Part shown: positions 1-8,408 of the stretch, one piece after another
How the letters are laid out: every line of letters begins with the position of its first letter
Numbering within the stretch: position 1 is the stretch's first letter
NCBI GenBank assembly: GCA_963840855.1
Contig: CAWJBB010000072.1
Location: 31,481 to 95,480, forward strand
Reading direction: 5' to 3'
DNA length: 64,000 nt
Source: an uncultured delta proteobacterium
GTDB taxonomy: Bacteria; Desulfobacterota; Binatia; UBA9968
Translations under genes and position numbers: made by a program
The notes under the pieces: generated by a model
The model's input: the letters and a program-made list of their open reading frames with translations, nothing else
Told to the model about the DNA's origin: nothing
The model's database searches: none

Positions 1-1302
1 CAAAGTCCAGCACTCGTGAGATCGGTTCTAAAGGAAGTATGGTATTCTACCGCGACGACGAAAATGGGATTTCTACCGGGATACTATGAGTTGAGGGACA
101 ACCCTGGCTCGCAACAATTTCTTGCTTCTCTGTCAGCCGATGTTCTCAAGGCGGGAATTAATGACGATCACGATACAGTTGGCAGCCTCGTGTCCGTTCT
201 CCTATTCAATGATCGCCAGGCAGCCCTGGAAATAGGAGAAGCTGAACTTACGCGAAATGAGTTGTCAGCACTGGTACGTGCAATCTGGATCACCGCCCTT
301 TTCGTGATTGACCCGAGCAAGTATTTGGTGTCTTGGAAAACCCTCATATTAGGACCGGATGAGGTCCTTTGGGAATCCATTGATTTGATTGGAGATGGCC
401 GGCCGGAAAAAGGGGAAGCTGTTATTCTCGCGGCGGTACAACGCGCAGAAATCGTCATGTTAGTGGGACAGCGATTTGCAAATATAGCGCATCCGATCGG
501 CAGCTCAGACGGTAGCCGAAATCCTTGGGACGCGGCGGAATTTGTCGCCAATCAGATCAAGCTGTTAGCCACTGATAGTTCACCGGACACTGATGCCCAG
601 CTTGAACGGTTGGAGAACGACAACGGCTTGGCAAGCTACCGCGACTTAATCAGACATCTACGGGCGCAACACCAAAAGCAGCAGCGTGAATCTAGCTTTA
701 CCTTTGCGTCGCCTGAGCAAGTAGCAGAAGCCATTTTAAATCGCGCTCCTTCCACCCCAAATGACCTGTTGGCGTACATTGTTGATCACCTTAGTGCTCT
801 GTCACGCGAAGTGGCGGGAACACAAACAGAAAGATACCGTGCTTACTGGAATGAGAGTGGGCGCGATCTCGACCACCCGAAACATGAAGAAGTTTGCTCG
901 GGATTATTAGCAGACGATTTGCAGAACCGAGTGAAGGCTCAAAACCTTATCGTAACGGTTGAACATCACATGGTTGCAGACAAGGAATGCGATCTGGTGG
1001 TGTTACAGGGAACCCAGCGACTTTTGCCGATAGAGGTCAAGCACCACTACCATGCCGAGCTTTGGACCGCGTGGCGTACCCAACTTGACCGATTATACAC
1101 ACGAGATGCGAAGGCAGGTGGACTCGGTATCTATCTCGTTTTATGGTCGGGTGAGGCAAAGGACCGTATGATGCCGAAGCTTCCAGACGGCTTCCAACGT
1201 CCAACTAGTGCTGCAGAGGTTAAGAGCGCACTTGAGTCGGTCATACCGGGAACAGAGCGGCACCGGATTCGCGTCATTGTCGTGGATCTTTCGGCGCCTT
1301 GA
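1..1302 (+). CDS. C-terminal part of a large protein with a PD-(D/E)XK-like nuclease domain (possible defence protein); 5'-truncated by window edge
   Basis: Frame is open from position 1. C-terminus has E-x6-CD-x11-IEVK followed by LWTAWxxQLxxLY and GIYLVLW, a pattern typical of PD-(D/E)XK domains at the end of large NACHT/STAND-type proteins. Visibly more AT-rich than downstream genes. Confidence 0.6.
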   Translation, partial: QSPALVRSVLKEVWYSTATTKMGFLPGYYELRDNPGSQQFLASLSADVLKAGINDDHDTVGSLVSVLLFNDRQAALEIGEAELTRNELSALVRAIWITALFVIDPSKYLVSWKTLILGPDEVLWESIDLIGDGRPEKGEAVILAAVQRAEIVMLVGQRFANIAHPIGSSDGSRNPWDAAEFVANQIKLLATDSSPDTDAQLERLENDNGLASYRDLIRHLRAQHQKQQRESSFTFASPEQVAEAILNRAPSTPNDLLAYIVDHLSALSREVAGTQTERYRAYWNESGRDLDHPKHEEVCSGLLADDLQNRVKAQNLIVTVEHHMVADKECDLVVLQGTQRLLPIEVKHHYHAELWTAWRTQLDRLYTRDAKAGGLGIYLVLWSGEAKDRMMPKLPDGFQRPTSAAEVKSALESVIPGTERHRIRVIVVDLSAP

Positions 1303-1472
1303 TACCTGCCACCTTCGTTCGAGCTGGCAAGTGGAAAAAACAGCGACTGGCAGTCAGCGTGAATTTCCGCGAAGGGCCATCGACGATAGCTCGACGAACG
1401 ACCCGCTTGAGCGATAGTATCGGGGCCGCAATCGGCATCGCGTCTTGAATTTCGATGTTCCATACAGGAGTC

Positions 1473-1749
1473 AAAAAAGAGGTCAAGTCCGCTATTAGCT
1501 CTTAACCCTGTCGTGCAGGGGCGACAAGGCGGTTTTTTGTGGCGCATTCATTGCGCATCGAATTCCCGGTGGGTTACTATCATTTCATGAACCATAGCCA
1601 TTCCCGCAGGAATATTTTCTTTGACAAAAAAAGTCGCTACGGTTTTTCGACTCGCGTTCCGACAATTCGCGGCTACGGAAGATGGAGATTTACGCTCCGG
1701 AAAGACGACGAAGAGCCTAATAAGCTAACAGCGGACTTGACCCTTTTTT
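1473..1749. mobile_element. Miniature element: ~28-bp terminal inverted repeats around a degenerate RAYT/Y1 transposase remnant
   Basis: aaaaaagaggtcaagtccgctattagct (1473-1500) is the near-perfect reverse complement of agctaacagcggacttgaccctttttt (1723-1749). Confidence 0.65.
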
Positions 1750-1772
1750 CAGCCATCACTAGATCCTCATGA
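1539..1772 (+). pseudogene. Degenerate N-terminus of a REP-associated tyrosine (Y1/HUH) transposase
   Basis: MAHSLRIEFPVGYYHFMNHSHSRRNIFFD resembles the RAYT N-terminus (MARPLRIEFPGAxYHVMNRGNxRxxIF). Similarity is lost after ~30 aa and no HUH motif follows. Confidence 0.6.
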
Positions 1773-2949
1773 TACGCGGTAGGTGATCGAACATTTCACC
1801 TCTATTCACCAGCCGGCCAGAGCCAACGACGTCGAAATGAACCATCTCGTTGTCCCGGAAGTCACGCAGAATTCCCGGCGGATCTTCACTGCGCAACACG
1901 GCTTGGATTGCCGATAACCAGAGCTTGCGCACCTGAATGACGCCGCGGTCCGAGAAGCCAAGATGTTCTGCCGTTCGATCCGCGATGCGGCCTTGGCTTA
2001 TCTGCGCCGCAGCGTCTTGACCGTTGACCGTCGTCATGTCGAATTTCACGCGCGTGCCGCGCATCAGCGGTGGAGGTTTCGGCGAGTTCCGCGCTGACCG
2101 AATCGTCGATTTGCCGTTTTTGAACGGATAGAACTTCAAAATAAACGAGTAGGTATTGTAGTCATCCACCGGCATACGCCAGGCAACGTCGGCAAAATAA
2201 GCGTTCGAGTCGCCCGGCAGCGAACCACCGTCATGGATGACCAGTATCGGCGGTGTGTAGGAAACTTCCCGATGCCATTCTTTGCCCGGTTCCGGTCCTT
2301 GGCGGCGCGCAACATAACTAGCGAATAGATCGTCGGCCAGCACTTCAAACTCGGGGCTCTCGGCACGTTCCGGATTCTGCCGTACGCCGTTGACGTCGCG
2401 GCCGTGTAGGATGGTCGCGTGCACCGGATCGAGACAGTTGTCGAGCTGGTTCATGAAATTGCATTCGCGCAGGTAACCATTCAGCGTGCGCTCGCCATCT
2501 TGGCGGACGAGAAAGTCGTAGCGCGGAAAGAGCGGCGCTTCGCCGGGGCCCATATAAGCCCAGACAATGCCGCCTTGCTCCCGGGTGGGGTAGGCTTTGA
2601 GCTTGATCTTATCGTTGAAATTACTTCCCGCGGGCTCGCCCGGCTGTTCGATGCAGCGGCCATTCACGTCGAAAACCCAGCCATGATAGCAGCAGCGGAT
2701 ACCGCCGGCTTCGATCCAGCCGTATTCGAGCGACGTGCCGCGGTGCGGGCAGCTCGGTTCGGTCAAGCCGACGCGGCCAAACTGGTCGCGAAATAGCAGG
2801 AAGTCTTCCGCTAGCCGACGGACAATTTTGGGTTCAGCCGCTTTGATCTCATCAGAAAAACTCACCGGTAGCCAATATCTACGCAACGTTTCGCCCGCCG
2901 GCGTCCCGGGGCCGACGCGGGTCATCATGTCGTTTTCTCGTTGGTCCAT
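1759..2949 (-). CDS. Rieske non-heme iron oxygenase alpha subunit (phthalate dioxygenase / LigXa-like)
   Basis: Rieske ligands CPHRG...CCYHGW; mononuclear Fe motif DNCLDPVHATILH; N-terminus MTRVGPGTPAGETLRRYW; C-terminal EHLGFSDRGV. Confidence 0.92.
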   Translation of the reverse strand: MDQRENDMMTRVGPGTPAGETLRRYWLPVSFSDEIKAAEPKIVRRLAEDFLLFRDQFGRVGLTEPSCPHRGTSLEYGWIEAGGIRCCYHGWVFDVNGRCIEQPGEPAGSNFNDKIKLKAYPTREQGGIVWAYMGPGEAPLFPRYDFLVRQDGERTLNGYLRECNFMNQLDNCLDPVHATILHGRDVNGVRQNPERAESPEFEVLADDLFASYVARRQGPEPGKEWHREVSYTPPILVIHDGGSLPGDSNAYFADVAWRMPVDDYNTYSFILKFYPFKNGKSTIRSARNSPKPPPLMRGTRVKFDMTTVNGQDAAAQISQGRIADRTAEHLGFSDRGVIQVRKLWLSAIQAVLRSEDPPGILRDFRDNEMVHFDVVGSGRLVNRGEMFDHLPRIMRI

Positions 2950-3099
2950 CCATTGCCTCTCTAAGATTATACTTCCGCCTAGCCACGACCACTCAACTTG
3001 GGCCGCGCGCGTCTTCGCGCCGCCTAACTCAAAAGTTATTTTTCATTGTCGCCGATTCCCTGGCCAAGTATTTGTTGATTCGATTGGCAAATATTGCTG

Positions 3100-4515
3100 C
3101 TATTCCTCATTCTCCACAAGCTCAGATTTTAATATTTTTCCCGTGGGACCTTTGGGGAGCTCGGGTAAGATATGCACCCGCCGCGGATATTTGTAACGGG
3201 CGAGATGGTCTCGGCAGTAATCGAGCAAATCCTCAGATGTGAGCTTCTCCATGCGCTTCAAACTTACAAAGGCTGCAACCTCTTCGCCGAGATCTACGTC
3301 TACAACGCCGACAACCGCAGCCTCAGCGACCGCCGGATGAGAAAGGAGAATGGCCTCGATCTCCTGTGGAAAGACCGAATAACCTCCGCGCAGGATACGC
3401 TCCCGCTTGCGGCCGACAATCTGAACGTAACCCTCCGGCGAGACAATCGCGAGATCGCCGGTCTTGAACCAACCATCGGAGATGACGGCATCGGTTTCAG
3501 CAACGGCATCCCAGTAGCAGTCCATCATCGCCGGCGATTTGATCCAGAGTTCGCCGATCCCGTCGCGGCTCATTTCTTCGTCAACGATCGTCCGGATTTC
3601 TACGCCCGGGACTGCTCTGCCGACGGCTTCGGGAATGTCGTTTGGATCATTTGAGCGAAAGGATAACGGTCGGAACAGTTCCGTCATGCCGTAACCGCGC
3701 ACGATTCTGGTGGCGGTTTTTTCGCTCCATTCCAGCGCCAACTCCCATGGACAGGGAGCTGCGCCGGCAACCGCCAGACGCAGGCTAGAGAAGTCGGTCT
3801 GAGCCAAGGCCGTCGAATTCAGCAGACGACGGAAAATCGTCGCGACGGCGGGAAGCACCGTCACACGATGTTTCTTTATCGCATGGAAAACAGCTTCCGG
3901 CGTGAAGCGTTCAAGGAGAAAGACCGTCGCCCCGGTGAGAAGCGGCGCCAAAAGACCGCCGTTGAGCCCCAGCGAGTGTGCCAACGGAACGGCAACCAGC
4001 ACCGTATCATCGGCGGTAAGACCCATGACCGGCTCCGCCCAGGAATGGTTGGCGAAGGTCAAGGCGTCGTGACTGAATACGGCGCCTTTAGGGCGGCCCG
4101 TACTGCCGGAAGTATAGAGAATCAACGATGGCGCACTGACATCGCTCATCGTCTGCCAGGCGCCTTGATTCATTAACACTCGATCGACGCTAAATTTCGG
4201 CTTGAGATCCGCTTTGAACGCGGCCAACTCTTCGCCTTTGACTAACGGATTAACCGGCGCGGGCGTTGCTCCCAATTTAAGAATTGCCAGGAACGCGATG
4301 ACGAATTCGACTCCGTTCGGCAGTAAGAGCGCGACGCGATCGCCCGCCACAACGCCTTGGGTTGAGAGATATCGGCTAAATCCCGCCGCCAAAGCGCCAA
4401 GCTCCGACCAGGTGAGCTGGCCATCGTCCCACAGCAGCGCCGTTTTGGCGCCGAGGCGGCGCACGTTGGCTTCGATGGCGCAAACAAAATTTTGTTGCAC
4501 GGGGGCGTTCTTCAT
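3100..4515 (-). CDS. Class I adenylate-forming enzyme (acyl/aryl-CoA ligase)
   Basis: LYTSGSTGRPKG, GYGMTE, FKTGDL and PKGPTGKILK motifs. Confidence 0.93.
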   Translation of the reverse strand: MKNAPVQQNFVCAIEANVRRLGAKTALLWDDGQLTWSELGALAAGFSRYLSTQGVVAGDRVALLLPNGVEFVIAFLAILKLGATPAPVNPLVKGEELAAFKADLKPKFSVDRVLMNQGAWQTMSDVSAPSLILYTSGSTGRPKGAVFSHDALTFANHSWAEPVMGLTADDTVLVAVPLAHSLGLNGGLLAPLLTGATVFLLERFTPEAVFHAIKKHRVTVLPAVATIFRRLLNSTALAQTDFSSLRLAVAGAAPCPWELALEWSEKTATRIVRGYGMTELFRPLSFRSNDPNDIPEAVGRAVPGVEIRTIVDEEMSRDGIGELWIKSPAMMDCYWDAVAETDAVISDGWFKTGDLAIVSPEGYVQIVGRKRERILRGGYSVFPQEIEAILLSHPAVAEAAVVGVVDVDLGEEVAAFVSLKRMEKLTSEDLLDYCRDHLARYKYPRRVHILPELPKGPTGKILKSELVENEE

Positions 4516-4573
4516 TCCATTAGCTCGGGTTTATCTGGTACAAAGTTCAACGCTCTATGTAGTTCCCCTCCGT

Positions 4574-4607
4574 CAACCTTGAACCTTAAACCTTGAACGT
4601 TGAACCG
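4574..4607. repeat. Short degenerate heptamer tandem repeat (AACCTTG-type)
   Basis: aaccttg aacctta aaccttg aacgttg aacc between the ubiD and ligase genes. Confidence 0.6.
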
Positions 4608-4619
4608 CGTCTTTCATGC

Positions 4620-5978
4620 CTACTTGCCGGTAAAATCTTTGAGGTTAATCCGCCGCCAAACTTCCGGCGGAACACGATGGCGCGGCGTGTAATCGGCGAG
4701 TGAAGGCTTGGCCGTCGCGTCGACTCCCCATTTTCCCGTGTTGCCATCTTCCTTAGTCGACGGGTCCAGATCCGAACCGCGGGCATTCGTAACGATCGTG
4801 ATGTCGCGATCAGGCTGGCAGCGGGTCGCGATTGCCCAGTTTACCTGCCGATCATTGAAAATATCCACGTCGTCGTCGACCACCACGACGCGTTTCATGT
4901 AGAGATCGGCGCCAAGCACGGCCAAGATAGCATTTTTCGCCTGGCCGGAGATCCGTTGCTCGATGGACACGTAGCATGTAAACGGCGCCGGCACGCGCAC
5001 GGCCTTCACCGTCGGCACCATCGCCCGCACCGCTCGGTAAAGATTCGCTTCAATGGGGGTGGTGGAAAGCATCAAATGATCGAGATGTCCCACCGTGATG
5101 TCCTGGAAGATCGCGTCGCGCCGGTAGGTGATTGCGCGCACTTTCAGCACTTCGCGTTGGCGCTCGCCGAGACTGTAGCCGGTGAACTCGCCGAAAGGGC
5201 CCTCCGCCGTGCGCTCGTTCGCTAAAATTTCTCCTTCGAGGATCATCTCCGCGTGTGCTGGAACGAGGACGTCTGAAATTTCACACTTCACGAGCTCCAG
5301 TGGTTCTCTCAAGAGGCCACCCATGATGGCGCGCTCGTCTTCGTCGATGGAGCCGATGGCGAGACAGCCCAGCGCGATAGCCGGATGAACTCCAATGGCA
5401 AAAGCCACGGGCAGCGGTTTCCCCTGCGCTTCGGCGGCGCGTTGGAACTCCCACAGATGTTTCGCCAAGGTGAGATGAATCGAAGTAGTATCGCGGCCCT
5501 TGATCATGAGCCGGTTGTAGGCGCAGTTCCAGGTGTCAGAGTTGGGGTCTTTCGCGAAGGATATGGCGGCGGTGATGTACGCTCCGGCGTCCTCTTGATG
5601 ATGGAGAATCTGGGGCAGGTCATAGAGGTTGATCTGATCGCCGGTTCGAATCACTTCCTTCACCGGCGCCTTGGAGACAAGCTTCGGTGCAATCGGTTTT
5701 TCCATCGCCCGAAGATACGCTTTTTGCATTTCTTCCGACTTGGCATTGATCGCCATTGCTAAGCGAGAGCGCCCGGCATGAAGATTGGTCAGCACGGGAA
5801 ACTTTGTGCCTTTTACTTTCTCGAAAAATAAAATAGGCCGCCGCTTCGCTTCCTGCTCGAGCTTCACAGTAATCGCGGTGATTTCAAAAGCCGGGTCGAC
5901 TTCGCGGGAGACAAGCAGGAAGTCCTCCGGGTGATTTTGTTTGATCAAATCCAGATAGCTACGAAGGTCTTGAGCCAT
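4620..5978 (-). CDS. UbiD-family prFMN-dependent (de)carboxylase
   Basis: EGPFGEFTGY motif; VPAHAEMILEG; VVVVDDDVDIF...WAIATR...LDPS...GVDATAK. Confidence 0.95.
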   Translation of the reverse strand: MAQDLRSYLDLIKQNHPEDFLLVSREVDPAFEITAITVKLEQEAKRRPILFFEKVKGTKFPVLTNLHAGRSRLAMAINAKSEEMQKAYLRAMEKPIAPKLVSKAPVKEVIRTGDQINLYDLPQILHHQEDAGAYITAAISFAKDPNSDTWNCAYNRLMIKGRDTTSIHLTLAKHLWEFQRAAEAQGKPLPVAFAIGVHPAIALGCLAIGSIDEDERAIMGGLLREPLELVKCEISDVLVPAHAEMILEGEILANERTAEGPFGEFTGYSLGERQREVLKVRAITYRRDAIFQDITVGHLDHLMLSTTPIEANLYRAVRAMVPTVKAVRVPAPFTCYVSIEQRISGQAKNAILAVLGADLYMKRVVVVDDDVDIFNDRQVNWAIATRCQPDRDITIVTNARGSDLDPSTKEDGNTGKWGVDATAKPSLADYTPRHRVPPEVWRRINLKDFTGK

Positions 5979-6030
5979 AAAGTATACCTTTGGAAAAGCC
6001 GGAAGCTCGTTTGGTATCTTCCGGTTATGT

Positions 6031-6410
6031 TCATGGAAGTTGGAGCTTCGCCCGGACTACGGTTCGCACGCTCTCGGCTGTTTTCATCGAGTCTTCTGCA
6101 GCCCGCCGGTCCGCCTGCGCACCGGGGTATCGAGTGGCAATACCAAAAGTGCTGAGATGGGCCAGAGATTGTTTTTGTGAATGGAGCTCTGGGAGTAGTC
6201 CTCCGGTTGAGTTAAGCAGAACCACGAGGTCATGAATCCTTCCGAAAACGATGTTGTGTTCCTCCAGAAAGCCTTCAGGTACTTCTCAGCGCACTGCTGG
6301 GCGAGAAAGCTGACCACATTCCAAACCGGGTTAGCTGTGCGCATCTCTCGTTGAGCTACCGCCCAATCACCCTCCGCCTTATCAATCCACTCCGTCGTTT
6401 CAGGCTTCAT
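6031..6410 (-). CDS. HEPN-domain toxin (one frameshift near 6265)
   Basis: MKPETTEWIDKAEGD...FLAQQCAEKYLKA in one frame continues as HDLVVLL...ATRYPG in another. Start overlaps the stop of the upstream nucleotidyltransferase. Confidence 0.85.
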
Positions 6411-6729
6411 GCAGGACAATCCCCTTCGCCATTACCTCTGTGGCGAAGACCCCTTTACGCTCCAAAGATGCCTTCAATTCAGACGGCTTGAATACTAGGA
6501 TGTCCAATGGAAACGGATGGTCAATGGCAGCGGAGATACGGGCTGCGGCGTGCAGAACCTGTTCGCTCGTCTCCATAACTACCAGTAAATCTACATCGCT
6601 ATCCGGGGTCGGCTTCCCCTGAGCGTATGAACCAAACAGAATCACCTTCTGCGGCCGGAAGCGCTCCACAATCTGCTGCACAATCTCTCGGATATCTTGC
6701 AAAGTTACAGTATTTTTAATCTCAGTCAT
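6400..6729 (-). CDS. Minimal nucleotidyltransferase (MNT) antitoxin of a HEPN-MNT pair
   Basis: ILFGSYAQGKPTPDSDVDLLVV motif, 109 aa, directly upstream of HEPN. Confidence 0.92.
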   Translation of the reverse strand: MTEIKNTVTLQDIREIVQQIVERFRPQKVILFGSYAQGKPTPDSDVDLLVVMETSEQVLHAAARISAAIDHPFPLDILVFKPSELKASLERKGVFATEVMAKGIVLHEA

Positions 6730-6865
6730 CGCTGAAATTCTCCGGAGCGCCTCTCTAATCTTGGCTTTTCTTCTTGCGTGCCATAATGGTTTTTCTCAGA
6801 ACCGCGGCAATTCTAAGGGAGACGAAGTAATCTGACAAGGATTGCCCTTCTTCCGTTCCTCTTTC

Positions 6866-6908
6866 TGCCTCTTGCCTCACGCCTTTTGCCTCACGGCTCA
6901 TGCCTAAC
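6866..6908. repeat. Degenerate heptamer tandem repeat (TGCCTCA-type)
   Basis: tgcctct tgcctca cgccttt tgcctca cggctca tgcctaa. Confidence 0.6.
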
Positions 6909-7971
6909 GAATCACCCGATCCGCCCGCGCCAGCACATTCGGTGGAATCGTCACGCCGATCTGTTTCGCCGCCTTCAGATTGATGAAAAACTCAAACTTC
7001 ATCGGTTGCTCCACCGGGATATCGGCGGGCTTTGCCCCCTTCAAAATCTTGTCCACAAAGATAGCCGCTCGCCGGTACAGGTCGACAATGTTCACCGCGT
7101 AGCCGATCAGGCCGCCGGCTTCCGCGAACACCTCGCGCCCGATTGAGGGGAGCCGATGCTTTGCTGCAAGCTCCACGATCAGCTTTTGGTTGGCGTTAAG
7201 AAAATCGTCCTCAGGGAGCGCGACGGCATCAACGCGTTGTTTGGTCATTTTTGAAAAGGCATTCTTGAACTCGTCAGGTTCGCGCACTTCGAATCGTTGA
7301 AGCCCTATCTTGAGTAACTTCGCTGTCTGCTCCATTGCCGGAAGGTTCCGGTCGTTTATAGAATTGTCCGGATTGAAGAGGACACCGAGTCGCTGTATCC
7401 GCGGCAAGGCTTCCTTAAGCAGCTCAAGCCGTTTAGCACTGAGTTCCGGGCTAAAGTTGCTCGATCCGGTGATATTCCCTCCCGGCCGCGCCAGGCTGGC
7501 GACAAAACCGAAGGCAACTGGGTCCCCGCTGGTTACCATGACGACAGGAATCGTCGTGGTGGCATTTTTGGCCGCACGGATCCCCGGTGTCCCAGCGGTC
7601 AGGATGACGTCAACGTTGAGGCGAACCAGTTCCGCTGCCAACTCGGGTAGGCGATCGAACTTTCCCTCGGCCCAACGAGACTCGATGACGAGATTCTTGC
7701 CTTCCAGATAACCCAAGTCACGCAGGCCTGCCCGCAGCGCTTCCATCCGGCCTGCGTTGCTGGCAGCGGAGGTGGGACCTAGGAAACCGATCCGAACAAC
7801 CTTCGCCGGTTGCGCCTGAGCTAGAGCTCCACACATCGAGAACGCGAAACCGATGGCGAAGATCCTATCCCATCTTAGATTTCGGATACTTCGACGCAGC
7901 TCATTACAGGTTTTCGATTTCCGATTGTCGGAATGAAATCCAAAGATCCGAGCCAAAAAAATCTTAGTCAT
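6904..7971 (-). CDS. ABC-type substrate-binding protein (ABC_sub_bind family)
   Basis: [64 protein letters not shown]. Start taken at ATG (MTKIF); exact start uncertain. Confidence 0.92.
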   Translation of the reverse strand: MTKIFLARIFGFHSDNRKSKTCNELRRSIRNLRWDRIFAIGFAFSMCGALAQAQPAKVVRIGFLGPTSAASNAGRMEALRAGLRDLGYLEGKNLVIESRWAEGKFDRLPELAAELVRLNVDVILTAGTPGIRAAKNATTTIPVVMVTSGDPVAFGFVASLARPGGNITGSSNFSPELSAKRLELLKEALPRIQRLGVLFNPDNSINDRNLPAMEQTAKLLKIGLQRFEVREPDEFKNAFSKMTKQRVDAVALPEDDFLNANQKLIVELAAKHRLPSIGREVFAEAGGLIGYAVNIVDLYRRAAIFVDKILKGAKPADIPVEQPMKFEFFINLKAAKQIGVTIPPNVLARADRVIR

Positions 7972-8036
7972 GCGTTTTCTCCGCAATCCAAAATCAGCAA
8001 TCAAAAATCCAAAATCATTTTAGGTGACTCTGCTAT

Positions 8037-8186
8037 TCACTCGACTATTTTAGAACTCTCCTCGTCCAAAAACTGGTGGCTGCAATAGGGGCAGAGAAGT
8101 TTGATCTTCTTGTGCCGGAGCTCCTGCCAGTGGCAATAGAACTCGCCGCTGCATTGAGGGCAGGTCACCCAAAAGATTTTCGTCAC
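8037..8186 (-). CDS. 49-aa zinc-ribbon-like protein with two CxxC motifs (missed by ORF track)
   Basis: Read by hand: GGAGG RBS then GTG start, MTKIFWVTCPQCSGEFYCHWQELRHKKIKLLCPYCSHQFLDEESSKIVE*. Co-oriented just downstream of the UbiD gene. Confidence 0.8.
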   Translation of the reverse strand: MTKIFWVTCPQCSGEFYCHWQELRHKKIKLLCPYCSHQFLDEESSKIVE

Positions 8187-8207
8187 GATTCTCGTCCTCC
8201 GATTTTT

Positions 8208-8395
8208 ATCGCGCCAAGACGCTAAGCACGCAAAGGTAATGGTTTATCTGATTCCCCCTAAAGAGACTTTACTTGACGTCCTTTGCGCCTTTGCGCGAAA
8301 ATACTCTTGCCCGACTCGGAATTTTCTCCCGCTAAGACGCCAAGCTCGCAAAGGCCCCGCCGCCGCCCGCGCTTCTTGGCATTCTTCGCGCGCGT
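8208..8395. repeat. Cluster of 9-nt-period palindromic repeats (CGCCAAGAC/CGCAAAG family)
   Basis: cgccaagacgctaagcacgcaaag ... ctttgcgcctttgcgcg ... cgctaagacgccaagctcgcaaag. Same family recurs at 17200-17580. Confidence 0.6.
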
Positions 8396-8408
8396 CCTCT
8401 ATTTTTAG

